NCBI GenBank assembly: GCA_951406725.2
Contig: OX597823.1
Coordinates: 56,606,001 to 56,670,000 of the forward strand
Length of the DNA stretch: 64,000 nucleotides
From: Octopus vulgaris
Lineage: Eukaryota
Reading direction: 5' to 3'
Position numbers and translations under genes: made by a program. Each line of letters begins with the position of its first letter. The stretch's first letter is position 1. The notes beneath the pieces were generated by a model. That model saw nothing but the letters and a program-made list of their open reading frames with translations, made no database searches and was not told the origin of the DNA. This document shows, one piece after another, positions 61,107 to 64,000 of the stretch.

Positions 61107-61908
61107 TGGGTCATCCCATAAACAATGCTGGTTTTTCAATTGCATGAACTAAAAGTCATTATGAACTACCTGCATCAACTTGCTATAAAAGCAGGTAGTA
61201 ATTTTACCTTGTTTTTGTTTTTGGCGCAAGTTTTGAAGAATGCAGTTCGATTTTAACAGTTATGTTTTTCAAAGCTATAATGAAAGTAACAATGGAGCAT
61301 ATTCAGCATATTTTGATTCATGAGTTCAATGAGGACAACAACGCCACGAAAAGTGCGAGAAATATTAATGCAGTATATAGGGATCGGACAATAAGCATAA
61401 GCCAGTATCAATTGTGGTTCCAGAAATTCCGAGCTGGAAACTACTACCTAGAAGATGAGCATCGTCCTGAAAGATCAAGTGTAGAGCTCGTTGAGGATGT
61501 CCTGCAAAACCTGGTGGAACAAAGTCCCATTGTAACTGTTGTGGAACGAGCAGAGAAGCTTGAATTTGTTCATTCAACCAGTCATTCAAGTCAGCTAGAA
61601 GAAAAACGATCATTTGTGGTTTTAAAGACGAAAGGTATTCTTCCATCAAGATAATGCTCAGCCACCTACAGCTAGGATAACATTCCAAAGGCTGGAGCAG
61701 TTTGAATGGGAAACGATGCCCCGCCTACCATATCCGCCGGACATTGCCCCATCTAATTATCATTTTTTCCGCAGTCTTCAAAATCATTTGGACGGGAAAA
61801 ATATGAATTCTGTAGACGAGGTCAGAACAGTAGTGGAGGAGTATTTTTCATCACAGACAAGTGAATTTTTGGAAGCGGGGTTTTGCAAGTCTACTAGATA
61901 GATGGAAG
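61107..61908 (+). mobile_element. Internally deleted mariner (5' TIR, HTH, C-terminal catalytic remnant)
   Basis: TTGGGTCATCCCATAAACAATGC TIR-like start; HTH ORF 61262-61654; HQDNA..., YPPDIAPSNYHFFRSLQNHL (YSPDLAPSD motif); central WVPHEL/DEKW region missing. Confidence 0.88.
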
Positions 61909-61910
61909 AT

Positions 61911-62231
61911 AGGCGCAGACGTGGCTGTGTAGTAAGTAGCTTGCCTACCAACCACATGGTTCCGGGTTCAGTCTCACTGCGTGGCACCTTGGGCAAGTGT
62001 CTTTTACTATAGCCTCGGGCCAACCAAAGCGTTGTGAGTGGATTTGGTAGACAAAAACTGGAAGAAATCCGTCTTACACACACACATATATGTATGCATG
62101 TATGTTTGTGTTTCTGTGTTTGTCCCTCCAACATCGCTTGACGACCGATGCTGGTGCGTTTACGTCCCCGTAACTTAGCGGTTCGGCAAAACCAACCGAT
62201 AGAATAAGTGCTAGGCTTACAAAGAGTAAGT

Positions 62232-62234
<3 letters not shown>
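61911..62234 (+). mobile_element. SINE family A
   Basis: Head and body as at 38901. Confidence 0.85.
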
Positions 62235-62283
<49 letters not shown>

Positions 62284-62899
62284 TGCTTGTCCTCACCACC
62301 ATTTAGCAAAAGGTGCTTTGTTTACGCCGTCGCAAATTAGCAGAACGACAAAAGTGAACGATAGATTTAGTACCAGAATTATTCATAAGTACTGTGTTCG
62401 ATTTGTTCGACTAAACTGTTCAAGATAAAAGGACAAAACACAGTTTTTTCGGTTGTTTAGTCCCATGTCATTCTGGAGCCATAAGAATTATTACCAAAGA
62501 TTGCCTCGTACAAGCTTTTCCGTCCTATTTCTTCCGATATAATCCTAAACAAAACCTATCAACTAATATATCCAGACATTGTTTTATTTAAAAGAAAACA
62601 AGGTAATGGGCATGATTTTAAAGAAAATTGGGGCTGCTATTTCTAGCATATCTGTGAAAGCTAAAATAAAAACTGAACAGCAAAGTTGTTAGATATACGA
62701 TTTGAACCAAGATTTTTCAAATAACAGGATAAACACTTGAATAATTCTGATACACTCTGGCAAGGTTTCGTTCTAGTCATTTGCTCGGTGCCGGTTTTTC
62801 AGGTCTGCGAATTCCTGATTGATGTTTCTTCCCAACCCAAAATGTCTCCGATAACATTATAAATGTATGAATTATGGAATCAATGAGAATCAATTATAA

Positions 62900-62929
62900 A
62901 GATTATATATATGTATACATTTATGTTTG

Positions 62930-62984
<55 letters not shown>

Positions 62985-63042
62985 GCATGTATATATGCAC
63001 ACATTGATACACACGTATGCATATATACAAATTATATACATA

Positions 63043-63099
<57 letters not shown>

Positions 63100-63145
63100 A
63101 TTACAATGATAATATCTCACTATCAATCAATCATTCAGTCAATTA

Positions 63146-63230
<85 letters not shown>

Positions 63231-63455
63231 CTCGCTCACCGCTTACATTATTTGTATGTACACACATATAAAAAGATGCATATCTAAAATATATTTATGA
63301 GCATATAATAATAACACACGTACACACACACATGTATATATACACTCATATATACTCACACACACGCACACACACACACATATATAAATATATGTATATA
63401 AGCGCACAAACATATATAGCTTCATACACCTGTTCAAACTATACAAATCTTGGTT

Positions 63456-63543
<88 letters not shown>

Positions 63544-63831
63544 TACTTACCTATATACTTGAATGTATATGAATATTCACATATATGGACACATACACAC
63601 GCATATACAGTGACAGACTGCGCGTGTACGTGCGTGTGGTCCACGTGTATGATTCTATTGTGTGCGAATGCGTTTGGAGTTGTTCCTTGTCGTTTATAAT
63701 ATCGAATTATTGATACCAAATTCATACCAATTATCTTACTTATAAAATATATACCTTTGATATTATTTAACACGCACACCGACATACACGCACGCACACA
63801 GACTCACACACAGACACGTGCGTACGTACGT

Positions 63832-63868
<37 letters not shown>

Positions 63869-64000
63869 TATATACATGAAAACACATATGTATGTATGTA
63901 TACATATCCTATATAAGCATACACACGTATTTCCGTCTTGAGCTTTCTTCTGTTTGTAAACACAAAATGATACACACGCTCGCATGCAAACACATATGCA
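62900..64000. repeat. Compound microsatellite field
   Basis: Direct reading. Confidence 0.85.

Overview
AT-rich, gene-poor eukaryotic window, probably intronic or intergenic. The SINE families and extreme microsatellite load suggest an octopod cephalopod such as Octopus, but this is inference. No intact host gene is visible, and nearly all listed ORFs are translations of (TA)n, (CA)n, (TACA)n, (TATC)n and (AAT)n. Real content: several tRNA-derived SINE families, called A-D here, plus decayed LINEs (CR1; RTE with C-terminal C2H2 fingers; several R4/Dong copies stacked in (AAT)n; a possible Tx1/L1 3' end). It also holds a Penelope GIY-YIG remnant, mariner fragments and MITEs. The most notable hidden signal is at least nine minimal type-I hammerhead-ribozyme motifs, most with a palindromic or near-palindromic helix III and with different core variants. 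They lie in Penelope-like terminal repeats, in a 185-bp inverted duplication and in a 346-bp tandem dimer resembling a non-LTR retrozyme. Also present are template-switch scars and a duplicated 59-nt exon-like segment. Repeat boundaries were judged by eye and are approximate.
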